Part shown: one piece after another, positions 24,963-39,330 of the stretch
Numbering within the stretch: position 1 is the stretch's first letter
How the letters are laid out: each line of letters begins with the position of its first letter
Source of the DNA: Dipteris shenzhenensis
Taxonomy: Eukaryota
Length of the DNA: 64,000 nt
Strand: one strand, 5' to 3'
Assembly: GCA_047967505.1 (NCBI GenBank)
Contig: CM106538.1
The notes under the pieces: model-generated
The model's input: the letters and a program-made list of their open reading frames with translations, nothing else
Database searches by the model: none
Told to the model about the DNA's origin: nothing
Position numbers and translations under genes: made by a program

Positions 24963-27900
24963 TCCTCAAAATTTTTTTTGGGAATCCTCCTCTAGATATT
25001 GCTTACCCTTTCCCATGTTGAACTCTCTTTAAGTATATCTTTCCACTTAATAATACATCCTTGATATATTGTATATCTTGATCTGATAGTTCTAAAATTA
25101 TTTCTAGTTCATGTGGTAAGGTAACAAATTCAATGATTTTGACTAGGAATTCAATTCCAATGAGATTGTCATCATCTCATAACCTCTTTTTTAGCCTACT
25201 CACATGAAAAACTGGTTGTACTCTATATCCCTCTATTAAGGCTAAGTTGTAAGCAAGTTCTCCAATTTTCTTAAGCATTATGAATGGTCCACCATATCTA
25301 GGAGACAACTAAGATGGGAATTTACATATCTTTAGAGATTTTGAAGATTTGGGCACCCTAGAAAAGACTTTCTCATTTTCTTCAAACTCTTCAAACTCTA
25401 ACCTTCTATAATGTGGGCTTGCATAACTTCTTGCTCTATCTTGAGCCTTTCTAATGCTGCCTCTAGCAAACTTTAACATTGTATTCATATCCCCAAAAAG
25501 TCTTTGGTTGTTTGAACCTTTTATTTTTGGAGTCCCACTACAATCAGGGCTCTAGGTCGAAATCCATACACCCAATGACTTGATTGACCCTATCTTTATG
25601 AATGACCATCTCTATTTAACCATCTCTTTGTGGATGATCTGTGGTCACCCTGTTCATATTCAATGTAGCTTCCAAGCTCATATCCAAAAGTGAATTTTAA
25701 ATTTGCTATCTTCATCACTCACAATACTAGTTGGTAGCCCATACAATGTATTGATATACTCCATAGATAGCCTTGATAATTATGGAGTTTAACCTCTTCA
25801 GTGGTTGGAATAAAATGAGCAATCTTGGTCAAAGGATCCATGATTCCCCACACAACGTCATGCCCCCTCTGTGTCCTAGGCAATCCAATAAAAATACATG
25901 GAAATATGCTTTCCCATGTTCTAGGTAATCCAATAATAAAATACATAGAGATATGCTTTCCCATTTCCTAGATGGGATCTCCAAGGGATGTAGGAGGCTC
26001 CTACCTTAAGGGGATTCAACCTTATTGACCAGGAATTTTAGGCACTTTAATACATAATCTTGGATGTGTTTATTAATTCCACATCAAAAGAATTGCATGC
26101 ATCTTTTGAATTCTTGGGTGTCTAGCACTCAACTATCATGACACTCAAAAAGAATTTGGTGCCTAATATCATTATTGCTGGCATACATACTCTGCCCTTA
26201 TAGAGAAAGTAGCCATCTTCAGCAGTATATTTTTTCCATTTGAGCCCTTTATCACCTGTGGTGTATCACCATTTCCATGTGACTCCATAATGAAAGCTTC
26301 ACAATTTGTTGGATCCCTCCTCATAATTGCTTTCCATATTTCAAGAAAGTGAGGATCAAACTCACATTTTTTGTTTAAGGACTCTAGGAAATCATTTTGG
26401 AATTGAGTTAAGATCAATTAATTAACAATTAGCGTTCGACTTACGGAGTCTACTACCACGTTGAACTTCCCCTTCCAACATGTCAATTGGATATCAAATT
26501 CTTGCATCATTTCAACCCATCTAGCTTTTCTTCCTTTAAAATTTGGTTGATTGCAAATCGACTTAATGCTTTCTTGATAAAAAGTGATCTAGAATTTGGC
26601 ACCATATAAATAATGCCTCTATTTCTTTAAAGCGTGAAGTATGGCATACAATTCCTTCTCGTATGCTGACTGCAAATTGACTAAATGCTTTCTTGATAAA
26701 AAGTGATCTTGAATTTGGCACCATATAAATAATGCCTCTATTTCTTCAAAGCATGAAGTATGGCATACAGTTCCTTCTCGTATGCTGAGTAATTATGTTT
26801 GGCATGGTCTAGCTTCTTGCTTTCAAAAGCCACTAGTCGACCCTTTTGTTAAAGTACCACCCTAATAGCAAAATGACTAGCAATTCTTTCAACCATAAAC
26901 GGTTCATTGGGATCCCTACGTATAAGACATGAGTTGATGCTATAACCACTTTTAATTTTTCAAAACTCTTCTTTTGAGGTTCATCCAATATGAAGGTACT
27001 TACCTTTCCATTGGCATAGGAATCTTAGCATATTTTTGGATGGATATCCTATAAAATCCATTCAAACGTAAGAATATATGTATCTCTTGTAGTTTTGTAG
27101 GATGTGGCCACTACAATATGGCCCTTACCTTTTCAAAGTCCATATAAATCCCTTTTTGGGATATAATATGTCCTAAGTGTTTTACATCTTTTGCAAAGAG
27201 TTCACATTTGGATTATTTAGCAAAAAGAGTGTTATCTCTTAGCAATTGGAAATTTTACTAAATATGGCTCAAGGCATTGTTCATAAATGTCATAAAAGTT
27301 ATTGGACAATTTGTTAAACCAAATGGCATTACTCTAAACTGATAATGCCCATACCTAGTGCAAAATGATGTCTCTCCTTTAATTTGCATTTAGTGATATC
27401 TTGAACTTACTTCAATTTTAGTGAAATACATTTCCCATTGCAATTAAAGATAGCTCATTAATTCAGGCATATGAACTTATTTTTTATTGTGACTTTATTT
27501 AAATCTTGATAATTTATGCATAAAAGCATAGTACCATCGTTTTTCTTTACCAATAAAACTAGTAAGAAACAAGGTCAACTACTTGGTTGAATTTGGCCCT
27601 TCATAAGATATTTAGTTAATTTTCTTTCAACCTCAAGTTCTTCCATTTGACTAAGTCTATATGGGGGTTTAAAAACAAGGGTATATCTAGGAATTGTCTA
27701 TCTTATGATCTACTTCTCTCTTGAGGGATAAACCATCATGCAAATCGGATAAAAAACATCTTTAAATTCAACCATTAAATCATGAAAGAAGATTTATACT
27801 TTTTAACATTATCAAGAACAATTGTACGTCTTTCATGTGAGGAAGAGATAAAATAACCAAAGAAAGTAAGTTCACAAAGATATACCTCGCATTCTTATTG
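24963..27900 (-). mobile_element. Highly decayed Ty3/gypsy (chromovirus-type) pol: RT-RH-INT-chromodomain remnant
   Basis: The minus strand reads [17 protein letters not shown] (~27310-27360), KHLGHIIS, AYEKELYAILHALK (~26630-26780), ISMYFIIGLPRT..LTKIAHFIP (25719-25964), PRYGGPF and [11 protein letters not shown] (~25190-25300). Confidence 0.9.
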
Positions 27901-30600
27901 GTGTAGAAGTCGTTCCAATTCCATCAAACTAATAAGTGGAGAATTGGGCACATCGAACTCTCCCCTCTGGAACCTCTCTATTGCATCGCTCCCCCCTCGG
28001 CTGACGTGCCTCAATCTCTCCCTCCTCAATTGATGTGCACTATTCTACTCAGCCAACCTCGATTGCTATGCCCTACATTACCTCTAGACTCCCTGTGTGC
28101 CTCCTGTGTGCCCACATGTTTCTGTTCTCTCCCACAACTCACTGAGCCTATGTGATGCCTCGACTCTGATTGCTATTTCTGCCTCGGTTGGGCTGATTAA
28201 TGCTCCTCGAGTTTACTCGTTGATTGCCCTATTAACATCCACAAAGTACTATCATTAAATGTAGGGTAATCAATGAGTTAAGGTGACCAAGCCGAATGAT
28301 CTACTTCAACAAGACAAGCTCAAGGGAGTTTGATACCCAAAAACACCAAGGTCAATGATTACAAGCAATGTGCACATGGAAGGAGTATTGCTCAAACTCA
28401 GGGAGTTTGATCCCCAAATACCCTAAGCCCACCCAAAAGTCCAAAGATTCCAAGCAATGTGCATAGGTTGTATGTTCCACCTGCCCCCACCCAGAATAAA
28501 GAGGTATTGGAACACGGAGATGCACACTTCTGAGCAACAAAGAGTGCATGCACCTTGCACTGTTCAGCTCCACATCCATAGGAAATAGCGACATCAATGA
28601 AAATAACCATGAAAGAAGTACAGTTTAAACTCAGGGAGTTTGTTCCTCGGATGTGCACACTTTTCGAGCAAAAACCTACGAGCAAAAAAGTCCGAGCTTT
28701 AATTTTTGACACCAACGATGCTTGTATATTTCTCAAAGGAATATACAATTCTTTCTTAATTTCTCATTTATGGAACCATATACTTACTTATTTTTCATTA
28801 TAACCCTCATTTTAGAGAACATCATCTATATATGAACAAATAGTGAACACTTTAGAAACTCCTATAAATACCTCCCTACCATACTCTCTTTTGAGGATTA
28901 TGGTAATTAAATCAATTTAAAAGAGTTTCCCTAATCTTTAGCAATCCCATATTTGAAGCTCTCATATAACAATGTATACCATATTCCTTGGATGAGTAGG
29001 AAAAAGATTTTGGAAACCTCATACTTCAGGCCATTATAATCGATCTTAAATTAATCTTTGATACATTATCAAATATGGGAAGGCAAGGAATGAATTTTCA
29101 AAATATTCCCAATTCTCCAAACCTAAGTACTTTTAAGGAAATGTGGTCTCTATTGAACTCCTTCCTACCATAATATGAATTAGGGAGAAGTTCTAACTCT
29201 CATATACATCTTGAAATTTTTACTTTTTATATTTTATAACTATCAAAAGTATAATTTTAAGCCTACCATTGCATAGATCATGAAATTTTGAACATTTTTC
29301 CTTTTTACAACTCCTCAATCTAAGATAAGGAGCAAAAGTTATGACCCCTTCTGCATAGGCTCTCCAAGGGTATTTTGCCAGCAGAATAGGGTTGGGGGGC
29401 AAGCTCTTCAAACCATATTCCTTTGGAAAAATACACTTAGAGGGTCTATTAAAAAAGTATTATATTATTTTCTTAGGTCATCCTGAGGAACTATAAAGAG
29501 GATATTTGCTCAAAATTTCATGATCCAACCAATGGTGAAAGGAAAAGAAAGGATTTTTGAAAGTGATAAAATAAGTCACCACTTGGACATTATATATGTA
29601 TATTATATAAAGGTATATTTATATCTATATCTATTTATTAGTATTTCATATCTACTTACATATTCCTTGAAATAATTTGGATTTTTTTGCTCCCCAAAAA
29701 TGACTTGAGCCTATATATTTTGACCCCTCCTACCTTTTGTCCGCTCGTCGCTCGGGGGTTTTTGCTCAGAAAATGGAAACCCCCGTTCCCCAAATATCAT
29801 CCCAAGATAGCGTTATCATTAAGTGTCTCGACAAAGTTGAGTCTTGCCACTCTAGGTTTGAGTCTCATTCATCATACATGACCACAAATAGGTGAAGGTG
29901 TGAGGGCGCTCAGGGAGTTTAAACCCCAAATCACCTGAGCCTAGGAGTGGCAAGGCTAACACAAGCACTATTTGGGAACCGATTAGGATCAACTCCTAAT
30001 ACCAGGTTTGTCCCAAGTGCCTTAATTTGTTAACATAAGCACTATTTCTGCTAGCAGGGAGAGTCAGTAAAAATAACAATATGCCTTGGCACCATACGAG
30101 CCCAAGAGCCCATGGTTGTAAAGTGAGGAAGAGTGCTAAAATGGAAAAGGGTTGGCCCTCCCTTCAAAAGGTGACTTGTATAAAAGGCCAAAAGTTTGAC
30201 TTTGGTCTTCATTGTGGTTTGCACAAGTTTGAATACAAGATCCCTCTTCTCTTCCAAAAGAGTGTTTTGGGTGTTCTCTTGTTTCCATTGTAGTGCCTTT
30301 GTGGTTGTCACTCTATCCCCCTTCACTCCCTTCTCCTTCTTCCCTTCCTCCTCCTCCCTTCTCCCTCCCTCTTCCTCTCCCCTCCCCTTCTCCCCTTCCC
30401 TCTTTCTTGCATGAAACCACATTGCAACAATCCGAAGGCTGCTTGAGTGACACTTGTGGATGGCTCATGCTATATAGGCATTGCTCCCACAAGGAGTAGC
30501 CAGGAGTGGAAGCTCCGTCAACATATCTTCAACTATCCCATGACATGTGAGTCACCGTTGAGACCCATTACACTCCCTAATGATGGATTCTGAGGTTCCT
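27900..30600. mobile_element. Probable gypsy LTR/leader remnants
   Basis: A recurrent TCAGGGAGTTT-type motif at ~28320, 28398, 28631 and 29910; no ORFs. Boundaries uncertain. Confidence 0.35.
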
Positions 30601-31849
30601 TACCTTTTATAAATTTTTAACCTTCCCCCACACTTCCAATTCTTTCTTGTTTTACCACACCTTCCCCCCCTATGTCTTTCTAATTCTCCCTTCCCTTTTC
30701 AATTATTCCTCCTTGTTCCCTCCTCCTTTATATTTAAGTAATTATCATCAAAACTCCCTTTTCCTTTACACTGTTGATTCATTAATTTATTATCGTTAAT
30801 ATTTTCCTTTTGAATTTTCAAACTCCCCCCCCCCCCCCCTTTCCTTATTATGCTTCCCTTCATGTCTATTAAATCCCCCATTAGTATTTTTTAAGTTAAT
30901 TTCTCACACTCATTCCTTTACATTAAATCCTCTCTTCTTATTGGCCTTTTAATACACCTCTAACTCATTAATTTTTTACACACACTCCTTCCCTTTAAGA
31001 ATTTCCCTCCACATTAAAACTACTTACTTAAAATTACATTAACTCTTCCCCTCCCTCCTTCTTTTCTAACTTAGGCTTATTAATTATACCTTTGGCTTAA
31101 TTTTTAAGTACTTAAGCGTACTTACTTTTCTAACTTTAGCTTATTAATTATACCTTTGGCTTACTTTTATAGTACTTAAGCGTGATAATTTCTCCTCTTT
31201 GTAAATTCCACTACATCTACACTTTCAAATTTCCTTTATTTTGCTGCATATTTAACTCTCTTTATTCCTCTCTCTCACCCTTAAAAGCATGTCTTTCCAC
31301 TTAAATATATACATTTAGCTTTATAGGTTGTACTTAGTTGTTATTTTTATTATGACTTCAATAACAAGGGAGGGGTGTTTATGACACCTGTCTTACCAAT
31401 TAATTCAAAATATGGTTCTTATAATTTTTTCTTGTTGGATGGTGGTAGGTATGAAGACTCCCCTCTTCAATAAAAGTAAAAGCTTACCACGACTTATCAA
31501 AATCTTCTCTCTACATTTTGCATTTTTTGCAAAATGTCTACTTGTTTATGTTATTGTTTTTATCCAAACAAATTTTCATTTATATAACTTAAACTTCCCA
31601 TTTAATACATTTCAACACCTCTTTTTATTCACTTTTTGTACTGACTCACATTTCCCCTGCAACTTTGAATGGTTGCACATAGTTCTATTTAGTCATTATG
31701 GCCTTCTTTTTAGACTTCTTGACTTACTTTTCTCACATATATGGTATGTTTTCACTTTCATAAATTTTCCTCTACAAACAAGATCACTCAAAAACCCGTT
31801 GCCAACTCCCTCTCCTGCCTCATAGGTGGTATTATCTTACTTCTATGCT

Positions 31850-33530
31850 TTTGAATTCTTTGAATTCCTGCAAGCTCATGATCTTTAAGCAACTACAAAA
31901 AATACCCCTCTCCCCACAAAAACCCTTTCATTCAATGATTGGGTCAAACTCCTAAAGTTCTCTTGGAGTGAAACTGATGGTGCCCTCTCAAGACTTCAAA
32001 AAGTTACAACTAACCTTGTAGCCATTGATCATAATGACTCAAACTCTTTGAGTAGTTATCATGCCAATATCCTTGGCCTCGCCAAAGATATTCTTATCAA
32101 CAATGGTGCTTCTCCTTTTCCCATTCCTGCAGGTCTTGCCCCTATAAATAGTGAATTCCACAGTTTCACAAACTTAGACCTCCTTTCCTGCAAGGATAAA
32201 ATATCATTTGAATCTCTCTCGCAGTCTCATTATCTACCCCCCCAACCCTTGCAAGGCAAAGAACTCAAGAATTTCACCTCCTTCATACCTATAGTCCCCT
32301 CCAAGCATATCGAAATGAAGTTTGCTTTCTCACATCACAAAATCTAGTGCCTCGACAATCTTAGCTTCCTTGCCCCTTTCTCCATCCAGTCATCACGGGC
32401 CTTCATTTGCAATCTCTCTGCAAAAGAGGTTGACCATTGTAAGGAAGATGCTTATCAAGGCCATCAACACCTCAATTCAAATTACTTCTTTAACCTTCTT
32501 TTCCTCTTAAAAACCATCGACCACTCCAAATGTGGCCTCATAAAGAGGTCTTTTTTTGTTCCAAAGGTTCAAGTCGTAATGACTCTGGTTTCTCTAGCAA
32601 AGATGACAATTATAATGTAAAAAATTACTAGAATGCATTTCGACCTTATGTCAAGTGTCCCTACCTTATAAAAAGGACTAGTACTTTATGCAAATCATCC
32701 ATCCTTTGGCTTGACCATTACATTTGGTTTATTCTTAACCATCTAGATACTTTTTTTCCTATTGGTTCTTTACAAGCCGAATTTTTTGCCTTTCTAAACT
32801 GGGTATCAAAACTACCAAAAGAAGTCATCTTCTCTTTGATTACCTTCTATCACTTCAGAGCTATTGTTATTGAAACTGCAAAATCCCTTTCTCCCTTTGT
32901 TGATTTCTCTCTCCCCTCTTCCTTCCAAAATCTTCCTGGTCCCTCAATTGCCCTTAGTATCCTCTCCCTTCTCTCTACTTCTAGATCTCTTTCACCACCT
33001 AAAAGAAGACATAGCTCCCCCCCCAAAGCATCACTACAAAATCCAAAAGACAAACCCCTTGAGTCTATTGCTGCTGTCAATCTCTCCCTTGTTTCCAATA
33101 TCAAGGATTCCCAACCTGACTCCTCGTTTGCATTAGTGCTTAAAGAAAAGGCTCCCAAAGATGACAACCAACAATATTCTATTGATTGGGATAGACATTG
33201 ATTCTCTCCAAATGGTTAGTGTTTTGTAGATCTCTACTCCAGGTACACCAGAGGTGCATTTCACTAAACCACTTAATAATGGCTTGCTCTCATTTAAGTT
33301 TCTACTAAAAGTAATAGTTCAAAATAATTCCATGTTCTTTTCATGAATAAAATTTTAACTAAAATAACTCCTAAGTCTCTTTTCAGAGAAACACTGCTCT
33401 TACTCTTTAACTCTTTGTCAGACACTATTAAAACTTTCGATAGTTTTTCTTTTAGTTGGAGCTACACTCTGGCTTTAAGAACACTACTTTACAAACCTAA
33501 AAACATTTTCTAATCTAAAACTTTTACTTC
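31850..33530 (+). pseudogene. Decayed ORF, probably retroelement accessory sequence
   Basis: ORF pieces 32048-32347 and 32836-33201 lie in a C/T-skewed region; no catalytic motif recognised. Confidence 0.25.
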
Positions 33531-33819
33531 TTCTTGCTTATGCACATTACTCTAGTTGGCAATAGGCCAAGGCTTTGTAATGTAGATCTAAGAAATGTAA
33601 TGTTGTACATATGCGTTTGTGTAACATCTCATAATCTCCCCCCAAGTATGATTTATCCTAAGTCATTTATGGAACAAGTGTAGTTCCTACAAAAATGTGT
33701 TTCAAAAATAAGGATCCTCAACATGTTTCATAGTATATACATCTTACTTGAAGGTATCATAAACTTGTTATTTATCACAGATGTTATTATGCATGTACAA
33801 TTTATTAACACCACATAGA

Positions 33820-33906
<87 letters not shown>

Positions 33907-33972
33907 CACACATGCATACACATGCACGAATGTGTATGTGTGTGCATGCGTGGACATATGTGTGTGTGTGCA
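33820..33972 (+). repeat. (CT)n(CA)n microsatellite followed by a TG-rich tract
   Basis: About 37 CA units at 33830-33904. Confidence 0.98.
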
Positions 33973-34472
33973 TGAACAAGTGCCCAAGCATCTACCCACA
34001 CAAACATGGGCCCACACTCTACAGGGGTCACCAGGACCCCCCATGGGGGAGGGTCCATGGTGCCCATCAAGAGATTCTAAGGTGCAAAGATGTCAAATTT
34101 AGGAGCCCTAATGTGCACTAGTACACATCAAAATTAGGCTCTAATTAGCCCCTCATTTTGTCCCTCTTTGCCCTTTTTGGAGTAAAATTAAGCAATGGAA
34201 TAAAAATTAGGGGATTTAAGGTGTGATAAGGGTCAAATTTAGGGGCTCTCCCAAGAACTTTTTGGTGTGCACTAGCATACATTAAAATCGGGCTCCCAAG
34301 AGACCTAAATTTTATCATTCTTTTCTGTTCTTAAAAAGTCAAAGAAGGGAACACGATAAGAATACACCTGCATTATCTTTTAAAGTGTTTCAGAAAAGAG
34401 TTAAGCATACAAGGAAGGAAACTTGAAAGATTATGAATAGTGACATAGTTCAATGGGTGAAAATAGAAAACA

Positions 34473-35042
34473 TTGATAAGAAACCCTTACTTTCTAGATC
34501 TGCTGGAGATAGGTCATGCTACTCATGATTCTTTGTTTATCTCCGGAAAGTCAAAGGTAATGGATAAGAAGGAGTTGACGGCAAGGATGTGGAGGCCTAT
34601 AAAGTACTTACCTGACAAGTATGCATCCATGGCAGCACAAAAAATTTTAAAGAAAGAATGGTTTTTTGGAAAAAAAGACAAAGACCACTGCATGGAAGAA
34701 TGCATCAATGTACAGGTGAGGCATGATGCAGTGCATAGTGCCATTAAGTATTTGCTGTCAGAGAAACAAATTCCACTTACTCATTGTAACATTGACTATA
34801 ATGTGGTGAAGCATATAGCTTCTTTGTCAACACCCAAGGTAAAGCTATGGGCAAACAGGTGGATTAAAAAGGATGAAGATGGGTCAGAAATAGTAACCTC
34901 TTATATGAGAAAAGAAATCCCACAACAGGTGGTTGCATATGTGGAAAGATTAATCAGCGAGATAAGGATGCCGACAGATATGCACCAAAGCTTTCAATTC
35001 AATGTAGAGGTTACGGCAGAGGCTTACATGCAATTGGCTTGA
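34473..35042 (+). other. 189-aa ORF fragment, probably TE-derived, function unknown
   Basis: The frame is open and protein-like (WRPIKYLP..WANRWIKK). No promoter or splice context recognised. Confidence 0.3.
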
Positions 35043-37147
35043 GCACATAAGAGGCCATGCAAAGCAACATAGATTTAGACTATATTCTTTGTAATTTACT
35101 GATTGCATGTCTTTAGATCTTCATGCAAGTAGGCCTATGTATATACCATCATGGGTTCTGTTGGAGTTGTCAATCCAGTTTTGGGTATGGGATTCACAAA
35201 TGCTACACTAAATTAACCATTTACGCTTCCACCGAGATGTTTAGAGTAGCATAGTGACCTAGATCACTGATTTAAATAGAATTTTCTCAATGGCATCTAG
35301 TAAGATGGTGGCATCCAAGGTCCATAAAGGGATTTCTATGTTAGCAAGTAGGTGAAGAACAATTGAGTGTCATAAAATAGACACATAAGAGAAATGGAGG
35401 TGCATCAATAAATGTCATTATTATTAAGCAATGGCATAAATAACTCAACATGTATGTAGCATAGAAATGGAAGACAATAAATTCTCTATGTGTGCACTTA
35501 AATGTAATCCATATTGGAGAGAGAAGGTAAAGGAAGACTTGTACATAAACTTGAGACTCAATTGTCTACTCAGCTTACAACAATGATAGCCATTAGTTGC
35601 AATAAATCTATTCTATCCAATATTCATTTGTTCCATAAGAGTCTTCTCCATATGTCAAGCGTATCAGTATGCATGAGCAAATTCTTTGACCACGTGAATG
35701 GTTCCACTACCATCATCATTGTGGCATCCAGTTCGCTCATCAGACCTTTAGACTCGAACCTCATTGGGATAAAGATTCGGGCCTCATTGGGGCTACCCTG
35801 TAATGCCCAATTATTTCATACACCACACAACCCCAACATGGCTTGATTTAACGCATGGAGTTAATGGGCAACTTGGTGACCACTAGTCAATCATTTGGAT
35901 TCTACCCTTGCACACTTCTCCCCTAACCACATAATTACTATTTTCATTATATTTTATTTTTACTTCATCATGAGAGGTTTGTAGCATGGAATGAGGAATT
36001 TCAGAATGCCTAAGCTTAATTTTATAGGCTATTAAAAGTGTAATAGATTTTTGTCATGCATACTTGTGTGTATCAACCCGACTCTTAATGAGTATTGCAA
36101 TAGAATGTTGAGTATGTATGCAAGCAAGCTTTTGAAGAACACCCAAAATATGCATCTTTGTTCTGTGCAAAGGATGCTCAATTCCTAGAAAATTAAAAGA
36201 GCTCAATGTATAGACATGTAGGCTACTGTGCAAAACAAGTTGATGGCACAATGACCTTCCTTTCAGAGTTCCTTGTATACTTTTTTTTTTGTCACTAAAT
36301 GAAGAGACAATTATCCACTCACATTTAGGTAGCCATTGATGCACAACAATTGCGAGGAGCAATGTTCAAAGAAAACATTTTTCTCAACAGATCACAAAAT
36401 CTGGGGTTTGAATATTTTTCAGTTTTTTCTGTAGAATTTGCAGATCTTTTAAATTGTTTCAAATTTTGTATATTTTTTACAAAATTAAGAAAATATTTTC
36501 TATGAGTGAAATTGAAAATGTTGCAGGTGCATTATATATAATTTGTAGGATTGCCAGTGAGGAGATGAAAACCACAAAACTAGAAAGTCCCCCTACACAT
36601 AGAAATCAACTGCTTTGATCGAGACCAAGAGAGCAAGGAGGAAAATTTAACTCACATACACCATAGCGAACTATTCCCTTCCAAAAGAGTTCCAAAATCG
36701 GATTCCTTATAAAGGCAATGCCGATTATATTAGTAACAAAAGAGATGTAGACAACGTTTGAAGGTCCTTGGGCGCATGAACTATCCATCCTCGTAAGCTT
36801 GCCTTGTCTTATTCATTATACGTAGCTAGCTACTGATGTGATGCCTGCAAACAACAAAAGGGGGACTACATGGTCAATCCATGGCACAAACATTGTTCAC
36901 AAAAAACGTACACAATGAACCTACAACATTTTCATTTTTCACTTGTAAAACATATTTTCGCATTTTCACACGCTTTAAACTTTGCAAATTCTCGAGATTC
37001 TTGAACCAGTGGACAGAAATCAGACTTATAGCTAATACTTCATGAGGTAGGGAAAGAGAACTAAGCCAATTTGCTCTCCGAAATGGCAATCTAAGTCTAA
37101 TTTTTTTTCCTGTTAAGATAAGAAGGGGCCGCACCCGATAATGGTGA

Positions 37148-37468
37148 TCAACCCTGAATCCAGACGGCACGCAGCTTGGTTCTCCCTTGGACCACACAGC
37201 CTGTTCCGTAGATTTGGGCAACGCTACTGTAGCTTTCACAATTCTTCTGGTTATGGATGGACACACGAGTGCCGCTGCTAACATCACTGATGCGAACCGC
37301 ACCCTGGTCATTGAACGTCTGACAAGTATTACCGCCTACGTAGAAGGTGTTGGTAGCAGATCCGTCACAGCTCGCTGGGTTGAACGTCTCGATCTTTGCC
37401 GCTTCGCTCGTCACTATAGATAGCAGGAGTAACACGGAAACAACATTGCGTGCCATCATCATGGCCAT
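37148..37468 (-). CDS. Small secreted Cys-containing protein, MiAMP1-like (beta-barrel antimicrobial peptide candidate), 106 aa
   Basis: Signal peptide MAMMMARNVVSVLLLLSIVTSEA, then a mature AKIETFNPASCDGSA..C..VSIHNQKNCE..C..LRAVWIQG that echoes MiAMP1 (..WSGPGC..AALYNQAGC..SIFIQC). Intact, intronless and GC/CpG-richer than the flanks, with a TATA box upstream. Confidence 0.8.
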   Translation of the reverse strand: MAMMMARNVVSVLLLLSIVTSEAAKIETFNPASCDGSATNTFYVGGNTCQTFNDQGAVRISDVSSGTRVSIHNQKNCESYSSVAQIYGTGCVVQGRTKLRAVWIQG

Positions 37469-37571
37469 GATCGTACGTCCGCTCAAGACTGAAGACAGAT
37501 GGGTTGGAATTCGAACAAACACAGTGAAGATCTGTTATGCAATTGTGAGAGAGAGAGAGCTCTTTCTTGGG

Positions 37572-37580
37572 CTTATAAAG
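37572..37580 (-). promoter_or_regulatory. TATA-box candidate of the secreted-protein gene
   Basis: CTTTATAAG on the minus strand, ~105 bp upstream of the ATG and followed by a CT-rich leader. Confidence 0.55.
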
Positions 37581-37981
37581 AGCCATGCGGAAGCACCACG
37601 AGGGAGAAAATTTCTCTCCGAACTGAAATTCCTTGGCTCTCCTTTCCACGTATGTACTGAAGAGACTGAACTCCGATAGAGTACGACAGCTGCATATGAA
37701 AGTGCCTGAAATGTTACAATATGCCGTTAAAACACAAGTTGATAATAGTCATACTGTCGTGTACGCCACGCATTTAAGGCCCTTAGCACGTGTGACTCGT
37801 GAGGAAACAAGATAGGAATGTGTTTCTCGGAGATAGGAAACAGCGAATGCACCGTATTGCTATCCTATTCACCATGCACTCCAAGCATCTAAGGCCCTTT
37901 TTATCTCAACTAAATAATTTTTTTTTACAAGAAGGCGGCCTAGAGGGATGCTTTGTTTTGTGAGCCCTCATTGAACCATGT

Positions 37982-38164
37982 GTCACGATCTTAAACATTG
38001 ATCTTCAAAAGATCTAATGGGCTGAATTGTGCTTTCTTTTTGGGTGTCCATTGCTTTTTAAAGCACGCATATATTTTTTGGGTCACGATCTTAAACTTTG
38101 ATCTTCAAAAGATCTAATGGTCTAAATTGTGCTTTCTTTTTGGGTGGCCATTGCTTTTTAAAGT
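37982..38164 (+). repeat. Direct duplication of ~80 bp (period ~100)
   Basis: GTCACGATCTTAAAC.TTGATCTTCAAAAGATCTAATGG..CCATTGCTTTTTAAAG occurs twice. Confidence 0.9.
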
Positions 38165-38299
38165 AGGCAGATATTAAAGATTTTACATATTTTTTGCCCT
38201 TATCAAGCATTAAGCTTACATTAAATGGACTTTTTGGCCCTCCATGCCCGTGTGTATCAATCACAATCGTATTGATTGTGTATTGATTTTTTCTTTTCT

Positions 38300-39330
38300 T
38301 TTAGAGTTATTTTCGTGAGCGAACGATATGGATTTCCTAACACGGCTTTGTCTTATTATGTTCCTATTGTATGACTCTGTTGTGATAAAAACCTTCGAAG
38401 ATCTAGAGCACGATATGCTAGAGTACCTTTGAAAGCACTATAAGAGAGTGTATTTCGTCGGTCCTGTATTGCCCCCGTCTTATCTTACTAGTTCGTTCAA
38501 TGTCGACGATGGTTCTGCGGCCATCGGGCTAGAGCAAATGCGTGTGCCTAAAATGGTTGGGCCAACATCAACGTGATTCTGTTAATCTCTATGTTTCCTT
38601 TGGCAGCCTTGTTGTTCTCTCTCCGCATCAAGATAAAGAGATTGCTTACATACTTGAAGCAAAAGCAAACTGACAATCTATCCTCTAGGTAGCAAGTCAT
38701 GATGCCATCATGGATGTTTTTATCAAAGGTATATATATATATTAATATAAAATCCTGGCGAAAGTTTATCGAGCTAATTTTTTTAGTTTCACAATGTTGA
38801 TAGCATATAGCACAAATTTGTATATTTTCTTTTAAATTTTGAAGTAAAATATGTAAATCCTTGCGAAACTTCCAATTTTTTCACATTAGAGTTTCAAATC
38901 CTGGCGAATGTTTCAAACATTTATTTGTATTAGGGCATACAAACTCTCCACACCAATATAAAAGTTATGCTTCTTTACGAAACTAACATGAAAAATTCAT
39001 CCTTGGATGTCATGCACAAAAAGTCACCACATGCGCTCTTAGAGGATTTCTTGGACCGCATGAGAGATTGCATAATTGTTGTTGCATGGGCACCACAACT
39101 ACGTGTACTTTGCCATCCCGATGTAGGGGGGCTCTCAACACATTATGGGTGGAATTCAATGATTGAGAGTATAGCCACCGGAGTACTGATGTTGGTACAT
39201 AGGGATCAGTGGACAAATGCAAGATTTGTGGTGGATAAATGGAAGGAAGGAATGCCCTTGGAAGTTGACGAAGAGATGGGTTGTGTGAACAAGAAAGAGT
39301 TGGAGTAATTAATGCAGGGAAAAAAGGGAA
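38300..39330 (+). pseudogene. Family-1 UDP-glycosyltransferase pseudogene (3' half)
   Basis: KTFEDLE..RVYFVGPVLP, YVSFGSL and the PSPG box WAPQLRVLCHPDVGGLSTHYGWNSMIESIATGV..DQWTNAR. Contains stops and frameshifts, an AT-rich interruption at ~38730-39000, and no N-terminus. Confidence 0.92.

Noticed and set aside
33768-34121. CV/HT-repeat ORFs
   Set aside because: Artefacts of the (CA)n microsatellite.
36874-37679. ORFs overlapping the secreted-protein gene in other frames or on the other strand
   Set aside because: Shadow ORFs of a GC-richer real CDS; they have no motifs of their own.
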